64,000 bases of DNA from assembly GCA_030704615.1 (NCBI GenBank), contig CM060733.1, forward strand, positions 66,154,001 through 66,218,000, in the 5' to 3' direction. The notes beneath the pieces are model-generated. The model made no database searches. It saw nothing but the letters and a program-made list of their open reading frames with translations, and was not told the origin of the DNA. The position numbers and the translations under genes are program-made. This document shows positions 63,801 through 64,000 of this stretch, piece by piece (the first letter of the stretch is position 1; each line of letters opens with the position of its first letter). This stretch comes from Takakia lepidozioides (Eukaryota > Plantae > Bryophyta).

Positions 63801-64000
63801 CGACGGGGTCTTGCCTGATAATTGTAAAGCAACGCACTTCCAAGTACATTTGTAAGAGTGAAATTACCATCTCTGGGGTTGATGGGGCAGGCTGTCAGCG
63901 ATGAGGAAGAATGTACTGGCCAAGTGCTATGGGGGGGATGTGAGCCGCAAGAGAAAGCTATTGGAGAAGCAAAAGGAGGGCAAGAAACGGATGAAGCGTG
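57874..64000 (+). CDS. GUF1: Translation factor GUF1/LepA (EF4), organellar, likely mitochondrial; 12 exons seen, 3' end outside window
   Basis: [88 protein letters not shown]. Exons ~57874-58395, 58835-59511, 59840-59928, 60078-60234, 60380-60434, 60631-60698, 61325-61428, 61732-61803, 62522-62635, 63217-63356, 63536-63595, 63890-end; N-terminal extension. Confidence 0.96.
58531..58559 (+). promoter_or_regulatory. Telo-box-like AAACCCT cluster in GUF1 intron 1
   Basis: taaaccctaaaccctgaacctgaaaccct; telo-boxes are known near plant translation-machinery genes. Confidence 0.4.

Overview
Eukaryotic nuclear DNA with GT-AG introns. PLS-class PPR fragments suggest a non-seed land plant (inference). 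The first ~46 kb is a nest of decayed DNA transposons. The last ~14 kb holds two head-to-head host genes: an unknown coiled-coil gene (-) and organellar GUF1/LepA (+, runs off the window). Main discovery: two diverged copies (A ~5.3-21.8 kb; B ~22-38.7 kb, scrambled) of a large Mutator-like element. Each pairs (i) a WRKY/GCM1-like finger + MULE DDE + SWIM transposase with (ii) a divergently oriented, intron-containing gene joining a ParB/Srx-like domain to a beta-class amino-(N4C/N6A)-DNA-methyltransferase-like domain, and carries (iii) its own array of near-perfect palindromes. The A motif is 28 bp ATTAAGGYRTCGT-CA/TG-ACGAYRCCTTAAT (~25 copies). The B motif is 22 bp GGAAATGCGG-CG/CA/TG-CCGCATTTCC (~15 copies). 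Both share a CG-n-CG-n-CG core. Inserted into this nest are 3-4 non-autonomous CACTA elements, one intact with an ACG target-site duplication. They carry scrambled fragments of a donor gene that appears to fuse an OSB-type PDF motif to PLS PPR repeats. All protein assignments are by-eye motif recognition; no database searches were run.
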